Position numbers and translations under genes: made by a program. The notes under the pieces are model-generated. The model was not told the origin of the DNA. It did no database searches and worked only from the letters and a program-made list of their open reading frames with translations. DNA of 64,000 nucleotides from Ilumatobacteraceae bacterium (GTDB taxonomy: Bacteria > Actinomycetota > Acidimicrobiia > Acidimicrobiales > Ilumatobacteraceae). The stretch lies in contig JBIISL010000002.1 of the NCBI GenBank assembly GCA_044341035.1, positions 16,224 through 80,223 on the forward strand, written 5' to 3'. Shown piece after piece: positions 62,080 through 64,000 of this stretch. Each line of letters begins with the position of its first letter. The first letter of the stretch is position 1.

Positions 62080-63531
62080 TCAGGTGATTGATGTTGTAGT
62101 TGCTGTCCAGCCCACTGGCATGAGGGGAGCAAGAAATGACTCTGAGGAGATTGATCCTTTTGCTTGACCGGCTTTCCAGATGTTGTATTTACTATCTGAA
62201 TACTGACTAAAAAATTCAGTGACCTTTAGGTGAAGTTCTTCAACGACATGTGAATATTTAGGTTGATCAGCCACGTTCTGTGTTTGTAATGGATCGCTCG
62301 TGTGGTCGAAGAGAACGTTTGGCCCCGCCCCCGGAAGACGACACCAATAAGAGAATTGCTCTGTCCGTACTCCGCGGGACTCTTCTTGTTCAAAAAATAC
62401 TTCGCTGCGCTGATGATCTTCGCCTTGAAGTAGTGCCTTAAAAGAGGTGCCAGCTGACTGGTCAAATCGACGCGTAGTCCCAACCATGTCGAGAACTGTT
62501 GATGGTAGGTCGATTTGGCTACACAGCGCATCCGATACGTAATCGTTCGGCACTGAAGGGTGGCGCACGATGAAGGGGATTCGCACAGCGGCATCATATA
62601 AATGAGACGGGCGCGTCTGGATGGTGTGTCCCCATAGCCCGTGCTGCCCATACAGGTTGGCTTGATCTGCTGTGTAGATCACGATTGTGTCCTCGAGCAG
62701 GTTCTTGTCTTTTAGTGCCGAGACAATTTTGCCTACGCCATCATCGACAATTGCAATTTGTGCACAGACATTGGCCATTGATGCGGGGTCATTGTGCATC
62801 CTCATCAAGTTGTACAGCATGTGTCGGCTGTAACGATTCGGATCATCGGGGCCCCGAATCAGACTCAACATCTCGTCCGAGATTGCTGTGCGCGGAAAGG
62901 TATCGAACTTTTTGTCGACGAACATTTCATAGAAGCGATTACGGAAATCTGGACCAAGATTGGTCGGAGGTAGCAAATACGGTGCGTCGTAGTTGACCAT
63001 CAAAAAGAATGGATGGTCGCCACGTTCTTCGATGTAATCGACTGCTCTCTCAGTGAAAAAGTCAACAATGTGTCTGTCGTTAACCTCGTATTCTTCGCCG
63101 TGATCAATGACTTGGTTGTAGTAGAAGTCCTCAGTATGGCCACGAACAAATGTGACAGTTTCGTCAAAACCAGGAATCGGGACTCGTGGTTGACCAAGAT
63201 GGTGTTTGCCGACCATGGCGGTGTGATAGCCAGCACCTTGGAGAACTGTTGCTAGCGATTCAAATTCTTGAATCGCAGACCAAGTATCTGGCCAATTTCG
63301 CAAATCCACATCTCGCAACCAACTGTGAACACCATGTTGTGAAGGCATGAGCCCAGTCAAAAGAGAAGCTCGCCCCGGCGAACACATCCCATTGGTGCAA
63401 TAGAACCGTGTCAAAGTGGTTCCGTGCTTCGCAAGGTCGTCGATATGAGGGGTGTACACCTCATGGTTGCCGTAACAACCGAGCAAGTCTGGCGGCTGAT
63501 TGTCAGCAGTAATCAGAACAATATTTGTCAT
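62080..63531 (-). CDS. Cys-type sulfatase (formylglycine-dependent), no signal peptide
   Basis: NIVLITADNQ metal-binding start and the CxPxR motif in NGMCSPGRASLLTG. The ORF track opens at 63657, inside the upstream gene; ATG 63531 (MTNIVLITADN) lies 7 nt after that gene's stop. Confidence 0.9.
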   Translation of the reverse strand: MTNIVLITADNQPPDLLGCYGNHEVYTPHIDDLAKHGTTLTRFYCTNGMCSPGRASLLTGLMPSQHGVHSWLRDVDLRNWPDTWSAIQEFESLATVLQGAGYHTAMVGKHHLGQPRVPIPGFDETVTFVRGHTEDFYYNQVIDHGEEYEVNDRHIVDFFTERAVDYIEERGDHPFFLMVNYDAPYLLPPTNLGPDFRNRFYEMFVDKKFDTFPRTAISDEMLSLIRGPDDPNRYSRHMLYNLMRMHNDPASMANVCAQIAIVDDGVGKIVSALKDKNLLEDTIVIYTADQANLYGQHGLWGHTIQTRPSHLYDAAVRIPFIVRHPSVPNDYVSDALCSQIDLPSTVLDMVGTTRRFDQSAGTSFKALLQGEDHQRSEVFFEQEESRGVRTEQFSYWCRLPGAGPNVLFDHTSDPLQTQNVADQPKYSHVVEELHLKVTEFFSQYSDSKYNIWKAGQAKGSISSESFLAPLMPVGWTATTTSIT

Positions 63532-63538
63532 GAGTTTG

Positions 63539-64000
63539 TCATGAACGAGACTTAGCAATGACGCGGTCTGCGGCGAGGTATCCAGACGAAATTGCTCCAT
63601 CCATATAACCATTCCACTCTGCAGCAGTTTCTGTTCCAGCCCATTCAACGAGACCAAATGGGCGGCAGAGTTCTTCGCCTAGTTGTGTCCACACTCCAGG
63701 CCCGAGGTGGCCTCCGTAGCAACCGCCACTCCATTGTTCTGCAGTCCAGTCAAGCTCGACTACTTCAATAGGTGATGCAGCTGCTGGGCCGAACAAGTCC
63801 ACCAACGTATTGAGGAAAATCTCGCGTCGTTCTTGAATGCTTAACGAAGATGCCTTTCGTGCATGCGCACCTTCAAAGAATCCCAACAACATTCCGGATC
63901 GACCATCTGGTGGGGAATTATCGAAAGTGATGGAGACAGGGTGATCAAGAGAGACGCCGAAGCCCGCCATGTTGTCGTCTCGCCAAAACGGTGTTTCATA
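63539..64000 (-). CDS. Flavin-containing amine oxidase (monoamine-oxidase-like). Only the C-terminal part is present; the 5' end lies beyond the window.
   Basis: The frame stays open to the window edge (…YETPFWRDDNMAGFGVSLD…). The C-terminal VEWAGTETAAEWNGYMDGAISSG is the typical FAD-contact end of amine oxidases. Confidence 0.75.
   Translation of the reverse strand, partial: YETPFWRDDNMAGFGVSLDHPVSITFDNSPPDGRSGMLLGFFEGAHARKASSLSIQERREIFLNTLVDLFGPAAASPIEVVELDWTAEQWSGGCYGGHLGPGVWTQLGEELCRPFGLVEWAGTETAAEWNGYMDGAISSGYLAADRVIAKSRS

Overview
This window looks like chromosomal DNA from an actinobacterium. That assignment is inference only, based on gene content (a DUF2993/LmeA-like gene, a PGPGW membrane protein, galKT, a Baeyer-Villiger monooxygenase, an apparently leaderless XRE gene). 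GC looks mid-range by eye and was not computed. I can support about 33 protein-coding genes. I recognise no rRNA, tRNA, CRISPR array, transposase or integrase.

Left part (1-21.8 kb):
- A partial MDR-type oxidoreductase.
- Two ABC-F ATPases and prfC, interrupted by a small XRE/nucleotidyltransferase-like cassette.
- A patatin phospholipase fused to an EF-hand pair.
- A GH3 beta-glucosidase and a saccharopine-dehydrogenase-like gene.
- A BVMO plus Cys-phosphatase operon and a PGPGW membrane protein.
- lacZ, galK, galT, two Gfo/Idh/MocA oxidoreductases and an SRPBCC protein.

Centre (22.4-53.0 kb, about 48% of the window): one uninterrupted 30,654-nt ORF of 10,217 codons. Its order is:
- a signal-like N-terminus and an Asn/Thr/Pro-rich linker;
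- about 87 fibronectin-III-like modules (hand count);
- three LamG/concanavalin-like inserts;
- an Ig-like domain and an (STT)n linker;
- instead of an LPXTG sorting signal, a TM helix, an acidic linker and a membrane domain of roughly 10 helices.

The array has two regimes. The mosaic N-terminal half includes modules that carry closely spaced cysteine pairs. The regular C-terminal block of about 35 modules has no cysteine at all. A small lysine-free acidic ORF follows 39 nt downstream with a strong SD.

Right part (53.5-64 kb):
- A short region of doubtful or degraded ORFs with nested hairpins.
- A serine hydrolase (beta-lactamase fold), a DUF2993-like protein and a small membrane protein.
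- A divergent CotH-kinase / DUF4956 / VTC-domain cluster.
- A YncE-like beta-propeller, a Cys-type sulfatase and a partial flavin amine oxidase.

The giant membrane-anchored FN3/LamG protein is the main candidate for something new. The CotH-DUF4956-VTC cluster is second. All family assignments come from motif recognition by eye; no database search was run.
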